In this document: in pieces, positions 41,391-51,246 of the stretch
Position numbering within the stretch: position 1 is the stretch's first letter
How the letters are laid out: each line of letters starts with the position of its first letter
Source: Candidatus Poribacteria bacterium
GTDB taxonomy: Bacteria; Poribacteria; WGA-4E; WGA-3G
Length of the DNA: 64,000 nucleotides
Assembly: GCA_965242965.1 (NCBI GenBank)
Contig: OZ251518.1
Coordinates: 1,248,001-1,312,000 of the forward strand
Direction: 5' to 3'
The notes under the pieces: generated by a model
Database searches by the model: none
What the model was told of the DNA's origin: nothing
Seen by the model: the letters and a program-made list of their open reading frames with translations, nothing else
Made by a program: the position numbers and the translations under genes

Positions 41391-42222
41391 ACCCGATGGA
41401 TACAGCCTAAACACCCTGGACGCGGTTTCAAACCGCGCTTACCGGAAGTGGCTCATTTTATTTTTCACCTTCTCATTCTTTTCCTGCCTACCGCGCGTGA
41501 TGGCAGAACCCGATATGCTCTTCATCCCTGCCGGCACCTTTACGATGGGGAGCGACGATGATAGCTTTCCGAACGAGGCACCCGCGCATAACATCTATCT
41601 AGATGCCTACTACATCGGCAAAACCGAAGTTACCAATGCCGAGTATTATCAATTTTGGCTGGCAGATGGCGGCGATGAAAGCGAACATACGCCCGTCAGT
41701 TATGGCGAGACATTCGGCGAGTGGCCCGCTATTGCGAAAACTAAGCCGAATTATCCTGTCGTCGGTGTTTCATGGAACGATGCAGTGGCGTATGCGGCGT
41801 GGATTGACAAACGGCTCCCCACCGAAGCGGAATGGGAGAAAGCGGCGCGCGGCACGGATGCACGCCGATGGCCGTGGGGCACTCAGTTTTCGCAGCCTGT
41901 CAAAGCGAACGTCTGGCATGCCAAAGATGGCTTTAAGCATCTCGCACCGGTAGGGCACTATCCAACGGGCGCGAGCCCTTACGGCGCGTTGGATATGGCT
42001 GGCAATGTCTGGGAATGGACAGCGGATTGGTATTCGGATACGTATTACCATCGAAGTGAAGGGCGAAATCCAAAGGGACCCGAGGCCGGCAGCAGGCGAG
42101 TCGTGCGCGGGGGTTCGTGGCTGAACCCGGCGCGGTTGTCTCGGTGCGCAACGCGAATTGGGCAATATCCAAAGAGTGGGACAAGTTTTATCGGTTTTCG
42201 TCTTGCGGCAGATGCGGATTAA
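41362..42222 (+). CDS. FGE-sulfatase domain protein
   Basis: RLPTEAEWEKAARG, DMAGNVWEW, RGGSW, GFR; start uncertain. Confidence 0.85.
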   Translation: MNVSRRNLNKPDGYSLNTLDAVSNRAYRKWLILFFTFSFFSCLPRVMAEPDMLFIPAGTFTMGSDDDSFPNEAPAHNIYLDAYYIGKTEVTNAEYYQFWLADGGDESEHTPVSYGETFGEWPAIAKTKPNYPVVGVSWNDAVAYAAWIDKRLPTEAEWEKAARGTDARRWPWGTQFSQPVKANVWHAKDGFKHLAPVGHYPTGASPYGALDMAGNVWEWTADWYSDTYYHRSEGRNPKGPEAGSRRVVRGGSWLNPARLSRCATRIGQYPKSGTSFIGFRLAADAD

Positions 42223-42241
42223 CAGCCGACGGATATAAATC

Positions 42242-43888
42242 ATGAAAATTGCTTTTCTCATCCTGCTTACCTGCGGGATACCCTGTGTGTCTGCGAACGT
42301 GCAATTCGTTGATGTGACGATAGAAGCCGGCATTGACTTCAGACATGTCAACGGTGCCGAAGGGGACTATCATCTGCCTGAAACCCTCGGTGCCGGTGGT
42401 GCTTTTTTTGACGCGGATAACGATGGCGATTTGGACATTTATCTCGTTAACAGCGGGTATTGGCCTGGCTCAGCCGCCGCAGCGCAAAAGCACGCTGCAC
42501 TCTACCAAAACAATGGGGATGGGACGTTTACAGACATCACCGCCGCCGCAGGCGTGGGCAACCGGGGCAACTACGGACAAGGCGTTGCATGCGCCGATTA
42601 CGACAACGATGGCGACACAGAACTCTACGTTACTAATTTCGGACCGGATGTCCTTTATCGGAACAATGGCGATGGGACATTCACTGACATCACCGCGCAC
42701 GCCGGTATCAGTGATGCGGCGTGGAGCAGCAGTGCATGCTTTCTTGATTATGATAGGGACGGACACCTCGATCTGTTCGTCGTCAGTTATCTCGACTATT
42801 CGCTGGATGCCGCCTATCTGCCGTGCGGGGAAAACGCAACGCGCACTTACTGCCATCCCTCGCTATTTGAAGGCGCGCCGGATAAACTCTACCGCAATAA
42901 CGGTGACGGCACCTTCACCGATGTCAGTCAAGAAGCAGGCGTAGGCAACATCAGCGGGATGTTTCACGGGAAGGGGTTAGGCGTTGTCTCGGCAGACTTC
43001 AATAACGATGGCGCGCCAGATCTTTACGTAGCCAACGATGATACCCGCAACGACTTTTTCTATAACAACGGTGATGGCACGTTCAGCGAAATTTCGCTCC
43101 TCGCCGGGTGTGCCTATAGTTTTAACGGCGTAGCGCAAGCCGGCATGGGCATCGCCGCGGGCGATTACAACGGCGATGGCGCACTGGATATCTTCGTCAC
43201 GAATCTCTCCTACGAGACGAACGCGCTTTACCGCAACAACGGCGACGGCACCTTCACCGATGTGATTTATGAGGCGCGTCTCGGAAAAGAGAGTTATCTC
43301 TATGTCGGCTTCGGCACCGGGTTTTTAGATGCCGATAACGATGGCTGGCTCGATCTGTTCGTTGCGAATGGGCATATCATTGATAACATCGCCGAGACGC
43401 ACGATGTCCTCACCTACGCGCAACCAAACCAGCTCTTCCGCAATAAAGGCGATGGCACGTTTCAGGAAATCTCCGAGACTGCCGGCCCCTATTTTCAGCG
43501 CGCCCAAGTCAGCCGAGGGAGCATCTTTGGCGATTACGATAACGATGGCGATGTTGACATCCTCGTTACACAGTCAAATGGTTTCGCGACGTTGTTGCGA
43601 AATGAGAATGGGAATAAGCAGAATTGGCTGCGGATTAAACCCGTTGGCACGATTAGCAATCGCGATGGAATTGGCGCGCGCGTCCTTCTAGCGCAACAGA
43701 TTCGCGATGTCAATCCGTGCGCGAGTTATCTGAGTAGCCACGATGCGCGGTTGCACTTCGGGTTGGGCGAAAACACCAACGTGAATAGGCTGGAAATCCG
43801 TTGGCCGAGTGGCGTTGTGGATGTATACGAAAACCTGCCTGTCAATCAGGAGCACGTCCTCACCGAGTCATCTGAGCGTTCTCGCTAG
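42242..43888 (+). CDS. CRTAC1 family (FG-GAP repeats + ASPIC/UnbV) protein
   Basis: Repeated DxDxDG and YRNNGDGTFTDV motifs; NRDGIGARV, HFGLG, IRWPSG. Confidence 0.92.
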   Translation: MKIAFLILLTCGIPCVSANVQFVDVTIEAGIDFRHVNGAEGDYHLPETLGAGGAFFDADNDGDLDIYLVNSGYWPGSAAAAQKHAALYQNNGDGTFTDITAAAGVGNRGNYGQGVACADYDNDGDTELYVTNFGPDVLYRNNGDGTFTDITAHAGISDAAWSSSACFLDYDRDGHLDLFVVSYLDYSLDAAYLPCGENATRTYCHPSLFEGAPDKLYRNNGDGTFTDVSQEAGVGNISGMFHGKGLGVVSADFNNDGAPDLYVANDDTRNDFFYNNGDGTFSEISLLAGCAYSFNGVAQAGMGIAAGDYNGDGALDIFVTNLSYETNALYRNNGDGTFTDVIYEARLGKESYLYVGFGTGFLDADNDGWLDLFVANGHIIDNIAETHDVLTYAQPNQLFRNKGDGTFQEISETAGPYFQRAQVSRGSIFGDYDNDGDVDILVTQSNGFATLLRNENGNKQNWLRIKPVGTISNRDGIGARVLLAQQIRDVNPCASYLSSHDARLHFGLGENTNVNRLEIRWPSGVVDVYENLPVNQEHVLTESSERSR

Positions 43889-43905
43889 GCCTTCCATTAC
43901 CTCGG

Positions 43906-44670
43906 CTATCTCGCAGCAACGCCTTGAGCCATTCGGGTGCTATCCGGTAGTCTCATGTCGGTTCGCTTGATTGCCGCTGCGTCGCGATGTGTGTCTGCCG
44001 CCAGCAGCAGTGCCGTGATGTCGCCGGGCAGCTGCACGCCAACCTCTCTTTCAACGCCTTGCACGCCACCGAACTCCTGCTGACATCGCGTGCCGATATC
44101 CTCCTTCTTCTTTCTAGCGGTGACGAAATCGGCGCGGGCATTCTCCCACGCTTGCAAGCGCAACCAAGCGATACCGCGATAGTAGAAGGTATGTCCCGGC
44201 AGGGCATCAAAATGTATCGCCTGGCTCAAATCTTCAATGGCCTGCTCGAAGTCGCCCTTCTCCAGATAAACTCTCCCGCGCCCATAATAGGCTCTTCCCA
44301 ACGTGGCGACGTGTGTTGACATCTCCATGACGGTGTTAAAGTCCGCAATGGCTTTGTCGTAGTCGCCTTTGCGTCGGTAAATTCGCCCGCGGTCCCGGTA
44401 GGGGCGGGTGTAATCCGATCTGCGTTGAATCGTCGTGTTAAAGTCCTTGAGGGCCAAGTCGAGTTCGCCTTTCGCCTCGTATGCTAGCCCGCGACTGAAA
44501 TATGTCCAGACGGTTTCTGGCATGATTTCTATCGCGCGGTTGAACTCTTCAATAGCCAAGTCAAACTCGCCTTGCTGATGGAGCGCGACCCCGCGATAGC
44601 GATGGGTTCTGGAGAGTGTCACCTTTTCGTGAGGTTGCAAGGCAGCGATGTCGCCGGTGTAGTCTTTCAT
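43906..44670 (-). CDS. TPR-repeat protein
   Basis: About five TPRs. Confidence 0.85.
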   Translation of the reverse strand: MKDYTGDIAALQPHEKVTLSRTHRYRGVALHQQGEFDLAIEEFNRAIEIMPETVWTYFSRGLAYEAKGELDLALKDFNTTIQRRSDYTRPYRDRGRIYRRKGDYDKAIADFNTVMEMSTHVATLGRAYYGRGRVYLEKGDFEQAIEDLSQAIHFDALPGHTFYYRGIAWLRLQAWENARADFVTARKKKEDIGTRCQQEFGGVQGVEREVGVQLPGDITALLLAADTHRDAAAIKRTDMRLPDSTRMAQGVAAR

Positions 44671-44685
44671 TTTTCTTTCCTATAG

Positions 44686-44712
44686 CGATTAAGCCGCGTA
44701 GCGGCTTAATCG
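44686..44712. other. Intergenic 12-bp-stem hairpin
   Basis: cgattaagccgc-gta-gcggcttaatcg. Confidence 0.6.
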
Positions 44713-44748
44713 GTATTCTTTCTGTTTCTATTTACGTGTCAGAAACCC

Positions 44749-45540
44749 TCAAGAACGCCGCTGTTGGTTTTGATTGCCAGATTGCCGTGGTTTATTCTGG
44801 GCACGTAAGCGCGCGAAGCCATCAAAGTCCGGAAACAGACTCGCCGCCGTAATCCCAGCCGCTTTCTCAAGGGAGGACAGGCTGGCAGACTTGCCATTGT
44901 TGAGGATGACACATTCTCCTGCTATCTCAATTTCGCCACTGCCGAAGAGAAAGACAGATTGCTGTGCGAGGATGCGGTTGTTTTGCTGCTTCGGCTGCCA
45001 TTGATACACCAGATATTCCGCCTGTGCATCCGAGGTGAAAAAATGGCCAATCTCTTTCTCAAGGTGTCGCGTCATGAGTTTTTCGATGAGGCCGGGTCCG
45101 TCGCTCTGCACCGCGAAAACTTTTCCATTCGCAGCCCCCTGAGCACTTTGCTGACAGGCAAACCAGAGTGCAACCAGGGCATTGCGGGTAAAGTCAATGA
45201 GGCACGTCGCTGCCCCGAAATGCTGAAGTTCCGCAAGTAACTCCAAATCAGCGAGTTGCCGCCCGTTTTTCTCGTCGTGCCCCAGAAGCCGCGCTTCTTC
45301 TATCATCTCCTGATTGATGTGGAGAAGCGTCTCCGGATGCCTGTCAGTCTGTGGCAAACGGCGATAGGCAGACGCTTCTAGTTCGTAGGTTTCCTTGGAA
45401 ACACCGCGAAACAGGTATTCTCCGTCGTTGAACTGCGCCACCCACTTCATAAAGCCATTCAGTGTTTTGACACGGTGAGATGCTTTTTGTAACAATATAT
45501 CAACTCCTTCTGTCTGGAGATTCCTTTCTTTACAAGACAC
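44749..45540 (-). CDS. FRG domain protein
   Basis: YLFRG, LQHFGAATCLIDFT.N.LVALWFAC, NNRILAQQSVF, LFPD; start uncertain. Confidence 0.9.
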   Translation of the reverse strand: MSCKERNLQTEGVDILLQKASHRVKTLNGFMKWVAQFNDGEYLFRGVSKETYELEASAYRRLPQTDRHPETLLHINQEMIEEARLLGHDEKNGRQLADLELLAELQHFGAATCLIDFTRNALVALWFACQQSAQGAANGKVFAVQSDGPGLIEKLMTRHLEKEIGHFFTSDAQAEYLVYQWQPKQQNNRILAQQSVFLFGSGEIEIAGECVILNNGKSASLSSLEKAAGITAASLFPDFDGFARLRAQNKPRQSGNQNQQRRS

Positions 45541-45826
45541 AGCACGGCCTCCGTCGTGTGCCTACCGTGAATAACGAACGCCACTCACATCATAGGATAC
45601 CATTTACGAACGGAATTGTCAAGTTTTTTCTGCACGGGTACCAGAGATATTATCCCCACCATTAACTCGGCAATCTCGTTTTCGTTCATGATGCCATCTT
45701 TTTTCTAGACAAAAATCGTGGATTAAGGTAAAATCTTAACATATTTTTCACAGGCCAGACGCAAATGCCATAACTCTCCACCTGCGCGGTTGTGGCTGCG
45801 TCCATCCTATTAGGGAGGAAACAAAC

Positions 45827-46639
45827 GTGCGGAAATTAACGATTTTTGTGGGAATCTGTCTCATCGCAACAATGTCCATCGGCGAGGCAGCCATTGATAC
45901 CAAAAACCTCGTCGGCGTATGGCTCTTCGATGAGGTAGATAACCGAGATATGTCCCCCGATGCATCTGAAAACGGCAACGATGCCGAACTGCTCAAAGGC
46001 GCGGAATTGGTGGACGATGGGAAATTTGATAAGGCACTCAGCCTCTCCGGCGACAAGGAATTTCAGATTGCGATGGTGCCGACTTCAAAGAGTCTTGACA
46101 GCTGCGCCGAGGAATACACTGCCACCACGTGGGTGAAACTCAAGAAGAAAGAGAAGGTGGTGCTCGGCGGGTGTTGCAACGATGACCACGCCATTATCAA
46201 CTTCCAGTATACCTGCCTGTTGAATATCTTCGGCCCCGGCAGAGGCGGCGGGCACGGTAAAGTGGAAATCGGCAGTGGGCAGCTGGCACCCTCGTGGGTT
46301 TCTGGCCCGACGCTCGTCAATGACGACAAGTGGCACCACATCGCCTTCACCTATGATGGCAGTGAGATGCTCGCCTATGTTGATGGGAAGGTTGACGCGA
46401 AAGCCAAAACCGGTGGCGTTTTCGGCTTAGCCGGGCAGTCACTACAGATTGGCGGCATGGCAGACCAGCGTCCAGCGTGGGGATTGATGGACGATGTCGC
46501 CGTTTTCAATACCGCTTTAAGTGAGGCGGATATCAACGAGATTATGAACGATGGGCTCGGCAAACTGTTCGGGTTTACGCCTGTCTCGCCCCTCGGCCGT
46601 TTGACGACGGTGTGGGCGCATGTCAAAAGGAAACGTTAG
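45827..46639 (+). CDS. Exported LamG-like jellyroll protein (paralog of 39217-40032)
   Basis: GGAGG RBS with GTG start; same motifs; tail PVSPLGRLTTVWAHVK. Confidence 0.88.
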   Translation: MRKLTIFVGICLIATMSIGEAAIDTKNLVGVWLFDEVDNRDMSPDASENGNDAELLKGAELVDDGKFDKALSLSGDKEFQIAMVPTSKSLDSCAEEYTATTWVKLKKKEKVVLGGCCNDDHAIINFQYTCLLNIFGPGRGGGHGKVEIGSGQLAPSWVSGPTLVNDDKWHHIAFTYDGSEMLAYVDGKVDAKAKTGGVFGLAGQSLQIGGMADQRPAWGLMDDVAVFNTALSEADINEIMNDGLGKLFGFTPVSPLGRLTTVWAHVKRKR

Positions 46640-46729
46640 CGTTTAGTTGATTCCCGGTAGTCGCGGTTTCAAACCGCGCCTTGCTGCTGTCCTTCAGCGT
46701 TTACCTAACGCGCGCAAGAGGATGTCCTT

Positions 46730-47764
46730 ATGTCAAAATACCGTTCCGCAATTATCGGCTGCGGCGGCAGAGCCTACGGGCATGCGAATGCCTATCGAGA
46801 CGTTTACCGCGGCGAACTCGTCGCGTGTGCGAACCGTTCCGATGCGGCGCGCCGCGAAAAATTCGCCGAAATCTTTGGCATTGTCGGCTACGCCGATGCC
46901 GAACAGATGCTTCGCGCCGAGAAACCAGACCTGGTGCATCTCGTCACGATGCCAGACCAGTGGGGCGAATTGATGCCGATGGTATCCGAACTCGGCGTGC
47001 CGGCGTGTATCGTAGAAAAACCCATCGCCTGCGGTGTATCAGACTGGCGGCGGCTATCCGAATTGGAAGCGCAGACCTCTACCAAATTCGGCGTAGGCAA
47101 GCAGTTCCGCTGGCATCCTTATCTGACGAAATGTCAACAAGCAGTGGCGGGTGGCTATTTGGGAAAAATCCTGTTGTTAGAGTTCTCGTGTGGCATGAAT
47201 ATCGCCGCGCAAGGGACGCATATCATCGATTGGGCGATGTCCCTCAATGCGGATGCCCCGGTCGCCCAAGTCTTCGGTAACGCGAGCGGCGCGGAGGCTT
47301 TCGACAGCACTTACCCCGGACCGGATACGACAACCTGTCAGGTGGTGTTTGAAAACGGTGTCCACGGGCAATGGACTACGGGTTCTGCCGCTCGTCGGGT
47401 GCGCAAAGCACCGGAGATTTACAAGCATTGTCGCGTCGCGGCTTACGGTGCAGAAGGCATCGTTTTCTTTGAAGAATTTGGAGATTGGGGTATTGAGACT
47501 CGAAAAATGAGCGAATACAGCATGCGGATTTCCGATGAAGGCCGCGCCAGAAACAATGATCGGGCGCAAGCGGGGCTCACCAATGCGATGTTCGATTGGC
47601 TTGAAGACGACGCTAAACCTGTCGGCACGCATCTCAAGCGGGCGTTGCATCAGTGGAACGCCGTTTTGGGCATTTATGCGAGTGCCCTCGCGCACGAACC
47701 AATTGATATCCCGTTTGATCCGCCGGATAATCTGTGTGAGGAGCTTAGGGCGGTTTTGTTGTAG
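46730..47764 (+). CDS. Gfo/Idh/MocA oxidoreductase
   Basis: AIIGCGG, VEKP, GTHIID. Confidence 0.9.
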   Translation: MSKYRSAIIGCGGRAYGHANAYRDVYRGELVACANRSDAARREKFAEIFGIVGYADAEQMLRAEKPDLVHLVTMPDQWGELMPMVSELGVPACIVEKPIACGVSDWRRLSELEAQTSTKFGVGKQFRWHPYLTKCQQAVAGGYLGKILLLEFSCGMNIAAQGTHIIDWAMSLNADAPVAQVFGNASGAEAFDSTYPGPDTTTCQVVFENGVHGQWTTGSAARRVRKAPEIYKHCRVAAYGAEGIVFFEEFGDWGIETRKMSEYSMRISDEGRARNNDRAQAGLTNAMFDWLEDDAKPVGTHLKRALHQWNAVLGIYASALAHEPIDIPFDPPDNLCEELRAVLL

Positions 47765-47861
47765 GAGGGACATCCTTGTCCCGATATCGTCTGCATCGAG
47801 ACCAGGAGGTCTCTCCTACCGGAAAATTCTTGATATTCTGACGAGTGTGAGGTATACTTCT

Positions 47862-48083
47862 ATGTTAAAAGTTGTAGAAGCGACAATTGATGAAGAAGGG
47901 GCTGTGCAATTAATTGAACCGCTGCAGTTGCCAAAATCGGCGCGCGCCTTCGTGGTAATCTTCGACGAGGAACTCCATGTTCCGATGAGCGCGTTACTCA
48001 GCGAAACTGCCCTCGCTGATGACTGGCTCCGTCCAGAGGAGGATGCCGCATGGGCCCACTTGCAGCCGGATTCGTCGTCTTAG
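47862..48083 (+). CDS. Putative antitoxin (intact copy)
   Basis: MLKVVEATIDEEG...LSETALADDWLRPEEDAAWAHL, a type usually found upstream of PemK/MazF genes. Confidence 0.75.
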   Translation: MLKVVEATIDEEGAVQLIEPLQLPKSARAFVVIFDEELHVPMSALLSETALADDWLRPEEDAAWAHLQPDSSS

Positions 48084-48121
48084 CGCGCGTCCCGACGGCA
48101 TTTCAAGTTATGAGGTGAACC

Positions 48122-48341
48122 ATGCTAAAAGTTGTAGAAGCGACCATTGATGAAGAAGGGGCAGTGCAGTTAATTGAACCGCTGCAGTTGCCAAAATCGG
48201 CGCGCCTTCGTCATAATGTTCAGCGAAGAACCTTATGTTTGTGCCACCGCCCTGCTAAGCGAACCGGCTCTCGCTGAACACTGGCTCCGGCCGGAGGAGG
48301 ATGCCGCATGGGCCCACTTGCAGCCGGACTCGTCGTCTTAG
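48122..48341 (+). pseudogene. Frameshifted second antitoxin copy
   Basis: Copy of 47862-48083 at offset about 260 with a 2-bp loss in a CG run; stop at 48275-48277. Confidence 0.75.
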
Positions 48342-48652
48342 TCCGTTTCCCGTTTTCAGACTTGTCTCAAGCAAGATGGAGGCCTGCGGTGTTACTCGCA
48401 GCGGCGGGACGCGAGGATTGGGTTATCTGCCAAGTTACGAGCAATCCGTATAGAGGCAGCCGAACCGTACCACTGACTGATGCTTGTTTCGCTACCGGCT
48501 CGTTACGACTGGCGAGTTATGTCCGGCCTGATAAGCTGTTCACGGTTCACCAGAATCTCATCGTGAGGCAACTCGGCGTTTTACAAACAGACGTGTTCAC
48601 GGAGATTGTTGAGGCAGTTATCGACGTTCTCCGGGCAAGTCAGACATCCTAG
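48308..48652 (+). CDS. PemK/MazF family toxin
   Basis: VVLVRFPFSDLS...RPAVLL...ICQVTS...SYVRPDKLFT. Confidence 0.88.
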   Translation: MGPLAAGLVVLVRFPFSDLSQARWRPAVLLAAAGREDWVICQVTSNPYRGSRTVPLTDACFATGSLRLASYVRPDKLFTVHQNLIVRQLGVLQTDVFTEIVEAVIDVLRASQTS

Positions 48653-48664
48653 GATGCCAAAAAT

Positions 48665-50023
48665 ATGAACAAACCAAATATCGTCTACATTCATTCGCAC
48701 GACACGGGACGGTATGTGCAACCTTACGGGCATGCCATCCCCACTCCGAATATCCAAAAACTCGCCGAAGGAGGCGTTCTGTTTCGGAACGCCTTTTGCG
48801 CTAACCCGACGTGTTCGCCTTCGCGAGCCGCACTCTTGACTGGGCAATGGGCGCATAGCTGCGGCATGGGCGGCTTGGCAAACCGAGGATGGAGTCTGCC
48901 GGTGCCAGAGCAACTCATCCCGCATACCCTCAATCAAGCCGGGTATGTCACCGCCTTGGCTGGATTCCAGCACGTCGTTCAAGATATCAACCAGACCGGC
49001 TACCAGCGGATTTTATCCGACGGAAGCGTCCGTGCCGGCGCGGAAGAACGCGCACGCGCCTTTATTGCGGAGAAACCCGACGCGCCTTTTTTCTTAGATG
49101 TCGGATTCGGTGAAACGCATCGCCGCCAGAAAGGGTTCGACCCGCCGCCAGAAGGCGAACCGAAAACCGACCCGAGGTATGTCAAACCGCCCGCGCCGTT
49201 CCCCGATACGCCCATCACTCGGCAGGATATGGCGGAATACATTGATTCAGCACGAACGCTGGATAAGAAAATGGGAGTGGTTTTTGACGCGCTGGAGGAA
49301 AATGGACTCGCCGACAACACACTCGTGATATGCACCACAGACCACGGACTCGCTTTCCCGCGAATGAAGTGCCACCTCACCGACCACGGTATCGGGGTGA
49401 TGCTCATTATGCGCGGACCGGGCAGTTTCAGCGGCGGACAAGTCGTGGATGGGCTAGTCAGCCAGATTGACCTGTTTCCAACTATCTGCGAATTGGCGGG
49501 GATTCAAGCACCGGCGTGGTTGCAAGGCACTTCTATTCTCCCGCTAGTGCGCGGCGAAACTGATGAAGCGCGCGATGCCATTTTCGCCGAAGTCAATTAT
49601 CACTGCTGTTATGAACCGCAGCGCGCCGTCCGAACCGACCGGTGGAAATATATCCACCGATGTGACGACGTGAAGCGGTGGGCCATGCCGAACTGCGACG
49701 ATAGCATCAGCAAGACGTTTATGATGGAGCGGGGATGGCGGGACTTGCCGACAGAAACGCATCGGCTCTATGATCTGGTATTCGATCCCGCGGAGGCGAA
49801 TAACCTCGCTGGAAATCCTGCTTATTGGGATGTGCTGGTAGACATGCGTTCTCGGCTTGAGGGATGGCGCGCCGAAACCGATGACCCGGTTACCTTTGAA
49901 GGGTGCATTATGGATATACCAGAAACCGCCGTGTTGAATTTGCCTTGGGATCTGTCGCCAGGAGATTTTCGTTATCCGGCGGATGAAGTGCTATATCCTG
50001 AAAATCGTCTGGAAGGTTACTAA
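48665..50023 (+). CDS. Cys-type sulfatase (sulfamidase-like)
   Basis: KPNIVYIHSHD, CSPSRAALLTG, TDHG. Confidence 0.92.
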   Translation: MNKPNIVYIHSHDTGRYVQPYGHAIPTPNIQKLAEGGVLFRNAFCANPTCSPSRAALLTGQWAHSCGMGGLANRGWSLPVPEQLIPHTLNQAGYVTALAGFQHVVQDINQTGYQRILSDGSVRAGAEERARAFIAEKPDAPFFLDVGFGETHRRQKGFDPPPEGEPKTDPRYVKPPAPFPDTPITRQDMAEYIDSARTLDKKMGVVFDALEENGLADNTLVICTTDHGLAFPRMKCHLTDHGIGVMLIMRGPGSFSGGQVVDGLVSQIDLFPTICELAGIQAPAWLQGTSILPLVRGETDEARDAIFAEVNYHCCYEPQRAVRTDRWKYIHRCDDVKRWAMPNCDDSISKTFMMERGWRDLPTETHRLYDLVFDPAEANNLAGNPAYWDVLVDMRSRLEGWRAETDDPVTFEGCIMDIPETAVLNLPWDLSPGDFRYPADEVLYPENRLEGY

Positions 50024-50043
50024 CGCGAGCATGGTTGGCGGGT

Positions 50044-51056
50044 GGTTTTCGCGCAGGTCGAACGATCGCGGGGGACAGGCCCCCGCGCTACGGTGAAGAA
50101 AAAACGTGCCGCTGACCGTAGGGCGAGGGCCTGTCCCTCGCCGTGCCTCGATCGAGAAGGAAACGGCTTTGGTTGGCGTGCGGTTTTCGCGCAGGTCGAA
50201 CGATCGCGGGGGACAGGCCCCCGCGCTACGGGCCAGGTAGGGGTTTGCCTTTAGGTCCATAGGACCTTAATGTCTATAGAATACGCAGACCGCCAAGTCC
50301 TCAAGGTCCTTTAGGACCTTAATGTTTTCTGTGACGATGCGTGTGTTGCAGATTAAGGACCTAAAGGACCTTAGTGTTTTTTTCGTCGGCGGGATACTAT
50401 AGACATGCAGGACCTAAAGGACCTGAAGAGGGGTTTTTTCACAGGCGTGATCGCGGGGGACAGGCCCACGCGCTACGGTTAGTGGACCGCCTCCGTTTAC
50501 CGTAGGGCGAGGGCCTGTCCCTCGCCGTGCCTCGGTCGGAACGGGAAAACGGCTTTGGGCGGCGGGCGGTTTTCGCGCAGGTCGAGCGATCGCGGGGGAC
50601 AGGCCCACGCGCTACGGGCCCGGAAGGGGTTCTCCTCGCCATGCATCTGTTCGGGATCAGGCGAGCCCGAACTACAGTCTCCTCAAGGTCCGTAGGACCT
50701 TAATGTCTGTAGCATGCGCAGACCGCCAAGTCCTCAAGGTCCTTTAGGACCTTAATGTTTTTCGGTTGCGTTGCGTGTGCTGCAGATTAAGACCTAAAGG
50801 ACCTTAGTTTTTTTCGGTCGGCAGGTGACTATAGACATGCAGGACCTAAAGGACCTGAAGAGATTTTTTACGGGTGCGATCGCGGGGGACAGGCCCCCGC
50901 GCTACGGTTAAAAAAAGCGTGCCGTTTACCGTAGGGCGAGGGCCTGTCCCTCGCCAGGCAACGATCGTGGGGGACAGGCCCACGCGCCACGGGCCCGGAA
51001 GGGGTTCGCCTCTCCATGCGCCCGTTCGGGAGCAGGTGCTCCCGAACTACAGTCTC
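50044..51056. repeat. Large composite REP cluster with internal duplication
   Basis: REP doublets; about 50252-50480 repeated at about 50686-50910. Confidence 0.85.
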
Positions 51057-51061
51057 TAACT

Positions 51062-51150
51062 AATCCTGTAAATCCTGCAAATCCTGCTCCAATCTTGAAA
51101 ATCTTGAAAATCCTGCTCCAAATCCTGCTCATCTCTGGCGAATCCTGTAA
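51062..51150. repeat. Degenerate ~9-bp tandem repeat (aatcctgca/aatcttgaa)
   Basis: Same unit near 13655-13690, 26734-26762 and, inverted, 62605-62639. Confidence 0.75.
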
Positions 51151-51246
51151 ACTGTTAAAACTATTTGCAATAAACGTTACTTTTATGATAAACTATCTCC
51201 AGAACATTAACCAATTTCCTTTTCATCCATTTTTAGAGGAGAAACT

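Noticed and set aside
41362-42222. True formylglycine-generating enzyme for the nearby sulfatases
   Set aside because: Lacks the catalytic Cys pair after RGGS; the same holds for the array FGE domains.
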